This document shows positions 1-9,108 of a stretch of 64,000 bases of DNA, one piece after another (positions within the stretch are counted from its first letter, which is position 1; the number at the start of each line of letters is the position of its first letter). The notes below the pieces were generated by a model that saw nothing but the letters and a program-made list of their open reading frames with translations, made no database searches and had not been told where the DNA came from. Source of the DNA: Acholeplasma sp. Its GTDB lineage: Bacteria; Bacillota_I; Bacilli_A; ML615J-28; CAG-698. The DNA is taken from contig DUOW01000018.1 in assembly GCA_012838635.1 (NCBI GenBank), positions 22,764 through 86,763 on the forward strand, read 5' to 3'. Both the position numbers and the translations under genes were made by a program.

Positions 1-30
1 AGAAGATTTAAAAATTTCAATAACAATGTA

Positions 31-504
31 ATGTGCTTTGGTAATCCTCAGTATAATAAAGATGAAATAGTTGCTTATTATAATGAAAATAAAGAACAAA
101 TTAAAAATTATATGTATTTTGTTGAGGAAGAAACAAATAACTATATGCATAATATGAGAAGACAAATTGTAGAATACTTACAAAAGGAAAATTATGAAGT
201 TGTTGACTTAGGAGAAATAGTTTATCTTCCAGAAGATGTAACTGAAGTTCTTCCCCCAATTGAAGAATATATTGATATTGATTTCAATAAAGCTTTTATT
301 GATCAATTGATTGCAAATATAAGCAGGAGAATGAGAGTTGTTGAAAATAGAGGACACATTTTTAATCATGAGTTGTTCTTTATTGAAGAACAATATAATA
401 TTTTAAATAACTATTTACAAGAACATGAAACTTACTTAACAGACGAAAATGTTAGTTTGTTCTTAGCAGAATACGAATTGTTTATAAATAAATATAGGAG
501 GTAA
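31..504 (+). CDS. hypothetical protein; ORF is open to the window edge and may be 5'-truncated
   Basis: ORF with no stop upstream back to position 1. No SD before the ATG at 31. No recognisable motif. Confidence 0.35.
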   Translation: MCFGNPQYNKDEIVAYYNENKEQIKNYMYFVEEETNNYMHNMRRQIVEYLQKENYEVVDLGEIVYLPEDVTEVLPPIEEYIDIDFNKAFIDQLIANISRRMRVVENRGHIFNHELFFIEEQYNILNNYLQEHETYLTDENVSLFLAEYELFINKYRR

Positions 505-507
505 TTT

Positions 508-1938
508 ATGAAACATTTAAAGAAAATCATTATTCCAGTATTAGTACTTGTTTTAATATTAGTACTTATTGGATGTACTAATTCAGAAAAAAATGCTAGT
601 TATGTAACTGTAGACATTAATCCTTCAGTTGAAGTAATTAGCAATAAAAATGGAATCGTTATAGATGTAAATGCATTAAACGATGATGCTCAAGTACTAC
701 TTGAAGGTGAAAAATTAGAAGGCAAAACTACTGCAGATGTTGTAGTTGAGATTGCAGATTTAGCAATCAAATTAGGATATTTAAGAGAAGGCGGAAATGT
801 ATGTATTACAGCTTCAGCTGATTCAGCAGAAATCGAAGAAAAAGTAAATGACGCAATTAACAAAGCGATGAATAAATTTAAAGAACAAAAAGAATTTGCT
901 TTTAATGTAGTTGATGGTGCAAAACAAATTGGTAGGGATATTGTAGAAAAAGCTGAAGAGTTAGGGGTTACAGCTGGTAAATATCGTTTGATTGTTAAGG
1001 CTATGGCTTTTGATAGTACTCTTACTTTCGAAGCTGGTGCCGAAATGTCAGCAGCTGAATTAAATGCGATTATAAAAGCTGGAAGAGAAGAACTTAAAGA
1101 TTTCTATTCAGAAGAATTTAAAAAATCTTATCAATTTATGAAAGCATATGTTGAACAAACTAAAAATACATTAGCTTTCGGTGTTCTTCAATTCTTAGTT
1201 AATACACCTTTCTTTGATGAAAAATTAACAGCTGCTTTAGCAGAATACGATGTTACAATTGATCAAGTTAAAGAAATTCTTAATACTTACAATGAAGAAC
1301 TTGCAACAGTTAGTGGTGAATTCCAAACTATAATGGATGAATATCTAGAAATTACTGTTGCCCTTGAAGGTAGTGAAGAACTTGCTGCATTAGTTGAAGA
1401 AAAAGCTGCGTTAAAATTGGAACTTAAAGCTGCAGTTAAAGCATACAAACAAGATCCAACTGATGAAAATGAAGCAGCAGTAATAGCAGCAAAAGATGCC
1501 GTTTGTGCAAAACAAGAAGAAATTCTTGCTAAAAAAGTTGAAATTATTAATAACTTAAATCTAACTATTACTGTAACTATTGAAGATGGAAAAGTTATAT
1601 TTACTGGATTAGAAGAATTATTCTTAGAAGTTCAAGAAATAACACAAAAGTATGTAGCTATGTTTGAAGAACTAGGTATTAACCTAGATGAATTAATGGT
1701 TAACTTTAGAGACCAATTCAAAGCATTTGATGTTTTTGGTAAATTTGATAACGCTCTTAACGAATGCGATGGCCGATATAAAGAATTTAAAAATCAACAT
1801 CAAGCACAAATGAATGAATTTAAAGAAAGAGTTCGTGAAGAAAAACAATTAAGAATCGAATTCCATCTTGCAGTTGAAGCTAGAAAAGGTGCTGGAAGTG
1901 GATCAGGAAACAAAGCAGGAAATAAATCCGGAAAATAA
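508..1938 (+). CDS. hypothetical lipoprotein (signal peptide with LIGC lipobox), coiled-coil rich, Gly/Ser/Lys C-terminal tail
   Basis: N-terminus MKHLKKIIIPVLVLVLILVLIGC. SD AGGAGG 8 nt upstream. Confidence 0.6.
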   Translation: MKHLKKIIIPVLVLVLILVLIGCTNSEKNASYVTVDINPSVEVISNKNGIVIDVNALNDDAQVLLEGEKLEGKTTADVVVEIADLAIKLGYLREGGNVCITASADSAEIEEKVNDAINKAMNKFKEQKEFAFNVVDGAKQIGRDIVEKAEELGVTAGKYRLIVKAMAFDSTLTFEAGAEMSAAELNAIIKAGREELKDFYSEEFKKSYQFMKAYVEQTKNTLAFGVLQFLVNTPFFDEKLTAALAEYDVTIDQVKEILNTYNEELATVSGEFQTIMDEYLEITVALEGSEELAALVEEKAALKLELKAAVKAYKQDPTDENEAAVIAAKDAVCAKQEEILAKKVEIINNLNLTITVTIEDGKVIFTGLEELFLEVQEITQKYVAMFEELGINLDELMVNFRDQFKAFDVFGKFDNALNECDGRYKEFKNQHQAQMNEFKERVREEKQLRIEFHLAVEARKGAGSGSGNKAGNKSGK

Positions 1939-1957
1939 ATAATAAACTTGTTAAAAG

Positions 1958-1985
1958 AAAAAGGCTAGTGATAGCCTTTTTTGCT
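1958..1985 (+). terminator. rho-independent terminator
   Basis: Stem AAGGCTA/TAGCCTT followed by a T-run. Confidence 0.6.
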
Positions 1986-1996
1986 TTATCATAAGG

Positions 1997-2025
1997 ATTG
2001 AAAAAAATAGTAAATTTTGGTATAA
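1997..2025 (+). promoter_or_regulatory. sigma-70 type promoter for rpiA (TTGAAA, 17 bp spacer, TGgTATAAT)
   Basis: -35 TTGAAA and an extended -10 TGGTATAAT. Confidence 0.5.
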
Positions 2026-2068
2026 TATTGACAATTAAGAGATAATAATATTTAGAAAGGAAAACTTT

Positions 2069-2737
2069 ATGAATAAGAAAAAAAGAGCAGGAATTAAAGC
2101 TTGTGATTTCGTGAAAGATAAAATGATTGTTGGTCTTGGTACAGGATCTACTGCATTTTACCTGATTGAAGAATTAGGCAAAAGAAAACTAGATATTAAA
2201 GTTGTAGCTACTTCTAATCAAACTAAAAAATTAGCTTTGGATTTTGGATTGAATCTTTTAGAGTTAGAAGAAGTTGACCATATCGATCTAACAATCGATG
2301 GTGTTGATGAAATTGATCCTTCATTTAATGCAATTAAAGGTGGGGGTGGAGCCTTACTTTATGAAAAGATTGTTGCAACTAATAGTTCTAAAGTTATTTG
2401 GATTATGGATGATAGCAAACTAAAAGATGCTTTAGGTGAATTTTATTTACCAGTTGAAGTAATTGAGTATGGGCATAATTTTGCTTTTAATAAATTTAAA
2501 AAGTTAGGTTTAAATCCAAAAATTAGAACGAAAGATGATAAAGTTTTTAAAACAGATTCTAATAATGTTATTATTGATTTATATTTAGAAAAACCAATTG
2601 ATATTAAAAAAGTTAAAGCGATTCTAAATAATACAGCTGGGGTTGTAGAAGATGGATTGTTTTTAAATGTATGTGATTTAATCGTAGTTGGTTATGATGA
2701 TAAAGTAGAAGTTATCGAAAATAAAGGAAAGAAATAA
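2069..2737 (+). CDS. rpiA: ribose-5-phosphate isomerase A
   Basis: GLGTGST, DGVDEID and KGGGGA motifs. Confidence 0.9.
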   Translation: MNKKKRAGIKACDFVKDKMIVGLGTGSTAFYLIEELGKRKLDIKVVATSNQTKKLALDFGLNLLELEEVDHIDLTIDGVDEIDPSFNAIKGGGGALLYEKIVATNSSKVIWIMDDSKLKDALGEFYLPVEVIEYGHNFAFNKFKKLGLNPKIRTKDDKVFKTDSNNVIIDLYLEKPIDIKKVKAILNNTAGVVEDGLFLNVCDLIVVGYDDKVEVIENKGKK

Positions 2738-2748
2738 AGGAGTAAGAT

Positions 2749-3279
2749 ATGAATATTTGGCATAATATTAATGAAGAAAGAATAAAAGAAGATGATTTTA
2801 TTGCAGTTATCGAAATTACAAAAGGAAGTAAAACTAAATATGAATTAGATAAAGAAACAGGAATGTTAATTCTTGATCGTGTTTTATATACTTCAACACA
2901 CTATCCTGCGAACTATGGATTTATTCCCAGAACATATTGTGATGATGATGATCCATTAGATGTCTTAGTATTAGCATCAGAACCACTAGCGTCAATGTCA
3001 ATGGTTAGATGTTATCCAATTGGTGTTGTTAGAATGTTAGATAATAATGAAATTGATGATAAAATTATTGCGATTCCATTTGAAGATCCTACTTGGAATA
3101 ACTTTAATGAAATTTCCGAATTGTCTCCACATATTGAAAGTGAAATTATGCACTTCTTTAGTGTTTATAAAAGTTTAGAAAAGAAACCTACAGCTGCTAT
3201 TACTTCACATGGTAGGGAAAAAGCTATTCAAACTATTAAAGAAGCAATAGCAGCATATAAGGAGAAGTTTGGAGTATAA
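2749..3279 (+). CDS. ppa: inorganic pyrophosphatase (family I)
   Basis: DDDDPLDVLVL acidic cluster; typical length of 176 aa. Confidence 0.9.
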   Translation: MNIWHNINEERIKEDDFIAVIEITKGSKTKYELDKETGMLILDRVLYTSTHYPANYGFIPRTYCDDDDPLDVLVLASEPLASMSMVRCYPIGVVRMLDNNEIDDKIIAIPFEDPTWNNFNEISELSPHIESEIMHFFSVYKSLEKKPTAAITSHGREKAIQTIKEAIAAYKEKFGV

Positions 3280-4079
3280 TGTTTGGTTTAGACGCTAAAG
3301 TCAGTGCTTTTTTAGGAATTGCTTTAATTTTTTTAGCAACTACTGGAGGATCTGCACTTGTTTATTTAGTTAAAAATAAACTTCCTAAAAAAGTATTTAA
3401 AGGAATTATGGGTTTTGCTTCTGGTGTTATGATGAGTGCTGCTATCTTTTCATTATTGATACCATCGCTTGATCTTTCATTGGAGAAATATGGAGATTTT
3501 AAATTTCCTTATTTTCCTGCTATTATTGGTTTGGTTTTAGGAATAATCTTTTTGATGGTAATTGATAGATTGGTGCCTCACTTACATCAAGATTATAAAC
3601 AAGAAGGTTTACCATCTAATTTGAAACAATCAACGATGCTTTTCTTAGGAGTATCACTACATAATATTCCAGAAGGGTTATCAGTAGGTTTTGCTTTTGG
3701 TGTTGGGATTGCTAGTGGTAATTATGAGTTAGTTACATCTGCTGCAATGCTATCTATAGGAATAGCTATTCAAAATTTCCCTGAAGGTGCTGCTGTTAGT
3801 TTATGTTATAGACAGTCAGGGTATTCAAAAACAAAGTCATTTTTATTAGGGATGTTTTCTGGTTTAGTTGAACCTATTTTTGCCGTTTTGGGAATCTTGT
3901 TTGCGACATTATTTACAAGCTTAATGCCTTGGCTTTTAGCTTTTGCGGCAGGAGCAATGATTTATATTATTATTGAAGAGTTATTGCCTGCAAGTGTTGA
4001 TAAAGAATCTCATTCACATATTGGTGTAATTAGTTTCTTTGTTGGCTTTGTAATTATGTTGGTTATTGAATTGCTTTAA
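3279..4079 (+). CDS. ZIP-family zinc/metal transporter (ZupT-like)
   Basis: HNIPEG and QNFPEG motifs in a multi-TM protein. Confidence 0.85.
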   Translation: MFGLDAKVSAFLGIALIFLATTGGSALVYLVKNKLPKKVFKGIMGFASGVMMSAAIFSLLIPSLDLSLEKYGDFKFPYFPAIIGLVLGIIFLMVIDRLVPHLHQDYKQEGLPSNLKQSTMLFLGVSLHNIPEGLSVGFAFGVGIASGNYELVTSAAMLSIGIAIQNFPEGAAVSLCYRQSGYSKTKSFLLGMFSGLVEPIFAVLGILFATLFTSLMPWLLAFAAGAMIYIIIEELLPASVDKESHSHIGVISFFVGFVIMLVIELL

Positions 4080-4100
4080 AAGTAAAAAAAGAGATAAAAA

Positions 4101-4127
4101 AAGAAGAGCATTATGCTCTTTTTTTAA
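4101..4127 (+). terminator. rho-independent terminator
   Basis: AGAGCA-ttat-TGCTCT followed by T7. Confidence 0.65.
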
Positions 4128-4160
4128 AAAATGTGTTATAATATATCAAAGAGGTGGATT

Positions 4161-4451
4161 ATGAAGTATTGTCCAAAATGTCAAGTAGAAGTAGATTCTA
4201 AAACAGCTAATTGCCCTTACTGTAAAGAACCTTTAATTATTAGGCCAACTCCAGGTAAGCCAAATGAGGCTGCTGAAAATATAAAAGGAATTAATGAGTT
4301 TATTGTCTTTGCATCATTAGTCGTTCCTTTTTTAGGTTTTATTTTATATTTTACTTGGAAAGAAAAGAAAACATATCAAGCTAAGTTTTATTTAGGGATT
4401 GGTATTGTTTCTATAATTTGTTATGTTGTAATGTTTATTATACTTTATTAA
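4161..4451 (+). CDS. zinc-ribbon domain membrane protein (hypothetical)
   Basis: CPKC...CPYC zinc ribbon followed by TM helices. SD GAGGTGG before the ATG at 4161. The ORF track starts at 4131 but that start has no SD. Confidence 0.55.
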   Translation: MKYCPKCQVEVDSKTANCPYCKEPLIIRPTPGKPNEAAENIKGINEFIVFASLVVPFLGFILYFTWKEKKTYQAKFYLGIGIVSIICYVVMFIILY

Positions 4452-4486
4452 TAAAAAAGATATTTCAGTAAAAAGCAAACGTTTTC

Positions 4487-4514
4487 TTGACAATTTTAAA
4501 AAAAGAGTGTATAA
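4487..4514 (+). promoter_or_regulatory. near-consensus sigma-70 promoter (TTGACA, 16 bp spacer, TATAAT)
   Basis: TTGACA at 4487-4492 and TATAAT at 4509-4514. Confidence 0.6.
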
Positions 4515-4520
4515 TGTTTA

Positions 4521-4752
4521 TAGATGAAAGTCTTAATAGTGTTTTATTCTCACCTCCTTTTAATAAGGTTAGATTTGACTTTTTAAACGTTCAAGTTATT
4601 TTCCCTTTTCGATAACTTGGACAAATGCTTTTGGTCAGTAAACGTTTCTTTTAAATCATTGACTAAAAGCTACATTGCTTTAACCAATGGAAGATCTATT
4701 TCAAAAAACAAAACAAAAAAAATGAGCAGTTAAAGAAGGCTCATTTTTTCTT
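4521..4752 (+). ncRNA. candidate small RNA / leaderless micro-ORF transcript (~230 nt) bounded by a consensus promoter and an intrinsic terminator
   Basis: No long ORF on either strand. Internal hairpins CAAGTTAT/ATAACTTG and CATTG/CAATG. Possible leaderless ATG at 4523 encoding the 20-aa peptide MKVLIVFYSHLLLIRLDLTF. CACCTCCTT anti-SD-like motif. Confidence 0.35.
4716..4752. terminator. bidirectional intrinsic terminator (ATGAGC/GCTCAT stem flanked by an A-run and a T-run)
   Basis: Stem 4722-4727/4739-4744. T6 downstream on + and A12 upstream, which is a U-run on the - strand. Serves the + transcript and the convergent mgtE. Confidence 0.6.
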
Positions 4753-4769
4753 TTTATATATGCAATTAT

Positions 4770-6145
4770 TCATATGAAACTTAACAATAAAGTGGCTAAG
4801 CCGTAATAGATTAAAACGGTTATTAAGTCATTAAGTGTAGTAATTAGTGGTCCACTTGCCACTGCAGGGTCTACTTTAATTTTCTCAAAAAATAATGGTA
4901 CGATAATTCCAATTAAATTTGCAATAATTATAGAAATAAACATACTTAAACTAATAATACCAGAAACTTTAGAGCTGCTAGATAAGTAAAAGGTTCATCT
5001 TGAACAATTTCTGTTTTTGTAATCGCGATAAAAGCAAAAACAGAAATAAAACTAATAATACTTACTAGTAAACCTAAGAGCACACCAGTTAAAAGTTCTT
5101 TCCCCAAAATCCTTTTCCATTTTAGTTGTTGGGGGTCATTAAGACCAGTAATTGTCACAGCTAAGGATTGTGTTCCTACGTTACCAGACATACTTAATAA
5201 CATTGATTGGAAAAAGACCATTACAGGAATTGTAATAATTATGTTTTCAAAGCCTGAAATCATAAATGAAACTATAAAAGACAAAAACAATAAAACAATA
5301 AGCCATGGAATTCTTTTCTTGATTGTAGTCCAAATGTTATCTTCAACATCTGCTTCCTCGGTTAAACCGGCAAACTTAGCGTAGTCTTCGTGTACCTCTT
5401 CTTGATAAGCATCTAAAATATTATCACTTTCTAGTACTCCAACAAGGACTTCATTTTCATCTAGTACTGGAATTATATCCAAATCATATTCTACAATCTT
5501 ATAAATTTTATCTTCAATTAAATCATTTACATGTAAGATAGGATAGTTAGTTTTAATAATATCTTCAAAATTACTATCAGCTCTAGCAATGATTAAATCT
5601 TTTAAATTTACAGCACCATATAATGTTCCGTCATCATTTCAAACATAAAGAATGAAGATATTATCATTTTCAGCTGCTTCTAAAACCATTTTTTTCATTG
5701 CACCTTTAATTGTATCGTTTCTGTTAATGGTTATATAGTTTGTAGAGATAATACTACCGATTGTTTCTTCTTCGTATTGAGAAAGAGTGTCGATTTCTTC
5801 GGCGCTTTCATCATCAATTAACTCTAAGATGTTTTCTCTTTCGTCTTCATTTAGTTTTTTCAAAACATCTACAGCATCAACTGTATCCATTAAACTAATA
5901 ATCTCGGCAGTTTTTTCTTCATCTAGTTCATCAAAGTATTCTTTTGGATCTTCTAGGTAAGCAAAAATATCTGACAACTTTTGACTAGGAAGTGATTTGT
6001 ATAATTTTTGTCTTTCCTGGTCAGATAGAATTTGGAATGTAGAAGCGATATCGTAGTCGTGATATTTACTTAACAAACTTTTGATTTTTGTAGAACTATT
6101 TTTTTGAATAATGTGTTTAATTTTTAAAGTAGTAGTTGTGTTCAT
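4770..6145 (-). pseudogene. mgtE: Mg2+ transporter MgtE, disrupted by an in-frame TGA at 5639-5641 and a 1-nt frameshift near 4948-4950
   Basis: Three collinear frames reconstruct a ~456-aa MgtE: N-domain, CBS pair, TM region, and a C-terminus ending ...DPAVASGPLITTLNDLITVLIYYGLATLLL. Confidence 0.7.
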
Positions 6146-6279
6146 ATTTATCTTCTTTCTTTAACATTTTACTACATTTACCTTGATTTTATAAGGAAAA
6201 ACAAAAGAGTGAAATTCTTTACATTTTAATACAAAAACAAAAAGAAATTTGTTATAATATAGATAAGGAGTTGATAAGT

Positions 6280-7296
6280 ATGAAATATAGTTTTTTAAAT
6301 GATTATAACACCTTAGCTCATCCAAAAGTATTCGAATATCTTCAAAAATATATCAATGAAGCTAATGTTGGATATGGTTTAGATGAACATTCAAAAAATG
6401 CTAAAAAGATGATTTTAGATAAAATTGGAAAAGATTACGATGTTCACTTTTTAGTTGGGGGAACTAGCGCTAATAAAATAGTTTTATCGCATTTTCTAAA
6501 ACCTTATGAAGCTGTAATTTGTCCTGAAAGTGCCCATATTAATAGAAGAGAAACAGGGGCTTTAGAAGCAACCGGTCACAAGATTTTAACTGCTAAAAGT
6601 GAAGATGGGAAAATTACTCTAGAAGGTATCAAAGAAGTATTAGCTGAACATACAGATGAACATATGGTTTTACCAAGAATTGTTTCTATTTCGTATACAA
6701 CAGAATATGGTACAGTATATTCGAAAGAAGAATTAAAGGATATTGCTGATTTATGTAAAGCAAATAATCTTTTACTTTATGTAGATGGAGCAAGATTAAC
6801 TTATGGTCTTGCAGCAACTGCCCTTTCTTTAAAAGAATTTGCTAAGATTCCTGACTTTTTCACAATCGGTGGGACGAAGGCTGGAGCAATGTTGGGAGAA
6901 GCTGTCGTACTTAAAAAAAGCAAAGCAGCAGAAAACTTCAGATTTTCACTAAAACAAAATGGTGGAATGCTAGCAAAGGGATTTTTAATTGGTATTCAAT
7001 TTGAAGCTTTACTTACCGATAATTTACTTCTAAAAATTTGTGAAGATGCTAATAAGAAAGCAGTATATTTAAAAGAGAAATTAAAGGAACTAAATATAGA
7101 GTTTTTATTTGACTCTAATACTAATTTACAGTTTCCTATTTTAAGTAACAAAGCAGTAAAAGCTTTAAAAGAAAAATATTTATTCTCAGTTTGGGAGCCA
7201 AGAAAGAATGATGCAGTTATTAGACTAGTAACTACATATGATACTGATATTAAGATGATAGATCAATTTGTAGGAGATCTAAGAAAAGAGTTATAG
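6280..7296 (+). CDS. low-specificity threonine aldolase / beta-eliminating lyase family, PLP-dependent
   Basis: GGTSAN and TIGGTKAGA motifs. SD AAGGAG 9 nt before the ATG at 6280. Confidence 0.75.
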   Translation: MKYSFLNDYNTLAHPKVFEYLQKYINEANVGYGLDEHSKNAKKMILDKIGKDYDVHFLVGGTSANKIVLSHFLKPYEAVICPESAHINRRETGALEATGHKILTAKSEDGKITLEGIKEVLAEHTDEHMVLPRIVSISYTTEYGTVYSKEELKDIADLCKANNLLLYVDGARLTYGLAATALSLKEFAKIPDFFTIGGTKAGAMLGEAVVLKKSKAAENFRFSLKQNGGMLAKGFLIGIQFEALLTDNLLLKICEDANKKAVYLKEKLKELNIEFLFDSNTNLQFPILSNKAVKALKEKYLFSVWEPRKNDAVIRLVTTYDTDIKMIDQFVGDLRKEL

Positions 7297-8340
7297 ATGA
7301 AAAGAAAAGTTAAAGTAGGAAATTTAAAAGCAGGGAAGAATAATGCTATTACTGACGTTAAGGGAGTAAAAGTTGGTCATGTAACTTATCATGATGAACA
7401 ACATCATACAGGAGTAACGGCTATTGTTCCTAAAGACAATATTTTTCAAGAAAAAGTACTTGCTTCTTGTTATACATTTAATGGCTTTGGTAAAAGTATT
7501 GGCTTTATGCAAGTTGAAGAATTAGGAACTTTGGAAACGCCAATTATTCTTACAAACACTTTAGCTGTTGGGAGAGCTGCTGATGGTTTAATCCATTATA
7601 TGCTAGATAAAAATCCAGATATTTGTATTAAAACTGGTTCTGTCAATCCTTTAGTTATGGAATGTAATGATGCCATCGTAAACAATATTAGAGATATTAT
7701 TATCACTAAAGAAGATGTTTATAAAGCTATTGATAATGCAAGTAGTAATTTCAAACAAGGATCATATGGTGCTGGAAGTGGAATGGTTTGTCATAGCTTA
7801 AAAGGTGGTATTGGTTCATCTAGCAGGGTTATAGCAATTGATAATAAAGAATATACAGTTGGTGTTTTAGTAAATTCAAATTTCGGTAATTCTAAAGATT
7901 TAGTTTTTAATAAAGTTTTTATTGGAGATAAAATCAATCTTGAAGATAAATCTAAAGATCAAGGATCAATTACGATTGTTGTTGCAACTGATATACCTTT
8001 AAACAACTTACAATTAAAAAGAGTTGCTAAAAGAGCAATCATTGGTGTAACAAATACTGGTAGTATTGCAAGTAATGGTAGTGGAGAAATGATTCTTGCT
8101 TTTACAACGGCTAATTTAGTTCCTCATTATGGGAAAGATAAAGTGTTAAATATCAAATCAGTTCATAATGACAATATTGATTTAGTCTTTAGAGCTGTCG
8201 TAGAAGCAACGGAAGAAGCTATTTTAAACTCTTTATTAGAAAATAAGACAATTAAAGGTTATCAGAAGAAAGTTTATGCTTTAGAAGAGTTTAAGGAAGT
8301 TTATGAAGATTTACTAATAAAGGAAAGTAAAGATGTATAA
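7297..8340 (+). CDS. DmpA/S58-family L-aminopeptidase / D-Ala-esterase-amidase (autoproteolytic G|S site QGSITIVVATD)
   Basis: Conserved self-cleavage Gly-Ser nucleophile context. Confidence 0.7.
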   Translation: MKRKVKVGNLKAGKNNAITDVKGVKVGHVTYHDEQHHTGVTAIVPKDNIFQEKVLASCYTFNGFGKSIGFMQVEELGTLETPIILTNTLAVGRAADGLIHYMLDKNPDICIKTGSVNPLVMECNDAIVNNIRDIIITKEDVYKAIDNASSNFKQGSYGAGSGMVCHSLKGGIGSSSRVIAIDNKEYTVGVLVNSNFGNSKDLVFNKVFIGDKINLEDKSKDQGSITIVVATDIPLNNLQLKRVAKRAIIGVTNTGSIASNGSGEMILAFTTANLVPHYGKDKVLNIKSVHNDNIDLVFRAVVEATEEAILNSLLENKTIKGYQKKVYALEEFKEVYEDLLIKESKDV

Positions 8341-9001
8341 ACTGGGAATTATTGGTGGTATGGGACCACTTGCAACAGCAGAACTTTTTCGCAGAATTGT
8401 TTTAAAAACAGATGCTGCTACTGACCAAGAACATATTAAAACAGTAGTCTTAAATAATATTGATATTCCCGACCGTACAGAAGCGATAGTTGCTGAAGGT
8501 AAAAACCCTGTACCATATTTAAATCAAGCCATTACCGATTTAAAAAAGTTAGGTGTTGAATATGCAATTATGCCTTGCAACACTGCTCATTACTTTGTAA
8601 GCAAGTTAGATTTTCAAGGGTTAAAGTTTATCAATATGGTAGATGAAACTCTTAAGTACTTGAAGGAAAAATATTATTATAAAAAAATTATCGTTTTATC
8701 TACATCAGGGACTAAAGATGCAAATGTTTATCAAAGCAAAGATTTAGATATTAGTTATGCTGATAGTTTTACCCAAAAAGCTTTAGATCGCTTAATCTAT
8801 CAAATTAAAGAAGGCTATGATTTAGAAGCAATGGCAATTAGACTTAAAAAGATGTTAACTGATAAAGATATTGTTTATGTCTTAGCCTGTACAGAACTTT
8901 CTTTGTTAGAAGAATATTTAACTGGTTATTTAGTTGTTGATGCGATGGATGTTTTAGTCTTAAAAACAATTGAAAAATTAGGATATAAATATAAAAAATA
9001 A
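8333..9001 (+). CDS. aspartate/glutamate racemase family protein (aspartate racemase-like)
   Basis: GGMGP, CNTAH and ACTE(L)S motifs. Confidence 0.8.
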   Translation: MYKLGIIGGMGPLATAELFRRIVLKTDAATDQEHIKTVVLNNIDIPDRTEAIVAEGKNPVPYLNQAITDLKKLGVEYAIMPCNTAHYFVSKLDFQGLKFINMVDETLKYLKEKYYYKKIIVLSTSGTKDANVYQSKDLDISYADSFTQKALDRLIYQIKEGYDLEAMAIRLKKMLTDKDIVYVLACTELSLLEEYLTGYLVVDAMDVLVLKTIEKLGYKYKK

Positions 9002-9005
9002 TAAG

Positions 9006-9038
9006 CAAAGCACATTAGATTTACTGATGTGCTTTTAT
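9006..9038 (+). terminator. rho-independent terminator
   Basis: AAAGCACAT/ATGTGCTTT stem followed by T's. Confidence 0.6.
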
Positions 9039-9051
9039 ATATGAAAGTTTA

Positions 9052-9091
9052 TTCATATGTATTGACATTCATATGAAAAAGGAATATAATA
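9052..9091 (+). promoter_or_regulatory. promoter (TTGACA, 17 bp spacer, TATAAT) with palindromic TTCATATGAA operator-like sites
   Basis: Perfect 10-bp palindrome at 9068-9077 between the -35 and -10. A half-copy TTCATATG lies at 9052-9059. Confidence 0.5.
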
Positions 9092-9108
9092 ATTTAAGGG
9101 AGATTTGT

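Noticed and set aside
208-393. Short antisense or overlapping ORFs from the six-frame track (208-393, 7324-7512, 11317-11700, 11995-12180, 14695-14910, 26707-26895, 31179-31391, 31626-31856, 34120-34308, 38116-38331, 40920-41123, 42365-42658, 43846-44124, 53575-53772, 55003-55218, 56214-56429, 56942-57184, 60969-61160, 62401-62640, 63313-63525)
   Set aside because: All lie inside well-supported conserved genes, lack SD sequences, and have low-complexity composition typical of chance ORFs in AT-rich DNA.
4547-4556. CACCTCCTT (16S rRNA 3'-end / anti-SD sequence) in the intergenic region, possible rRNA end or minus-strand RBS
   Set aside because: No rRNA-like sequence flanks it. On the minus strand the AAGGAGGTG is not followed by a start codon within 15 nt.
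5639-5641. In-frame TGA inside mgtE, suggesting translation table 4 (TGA=Trp)
   Set aside because: About ten other genes terminate with TGA. Long conserved ORFs use only TGG for Trp. mgtE additionally carries a frameshift. A nonsense mutation in a pseudogene is more parsimonious.
6146-6279. Expected M-box (Mg2+) riboswitch upstream of mgtE
   Set aside because: Only ~125 nt lie between the mgtE start and the divergent gene, and none of the conserved M-box motifs are present.
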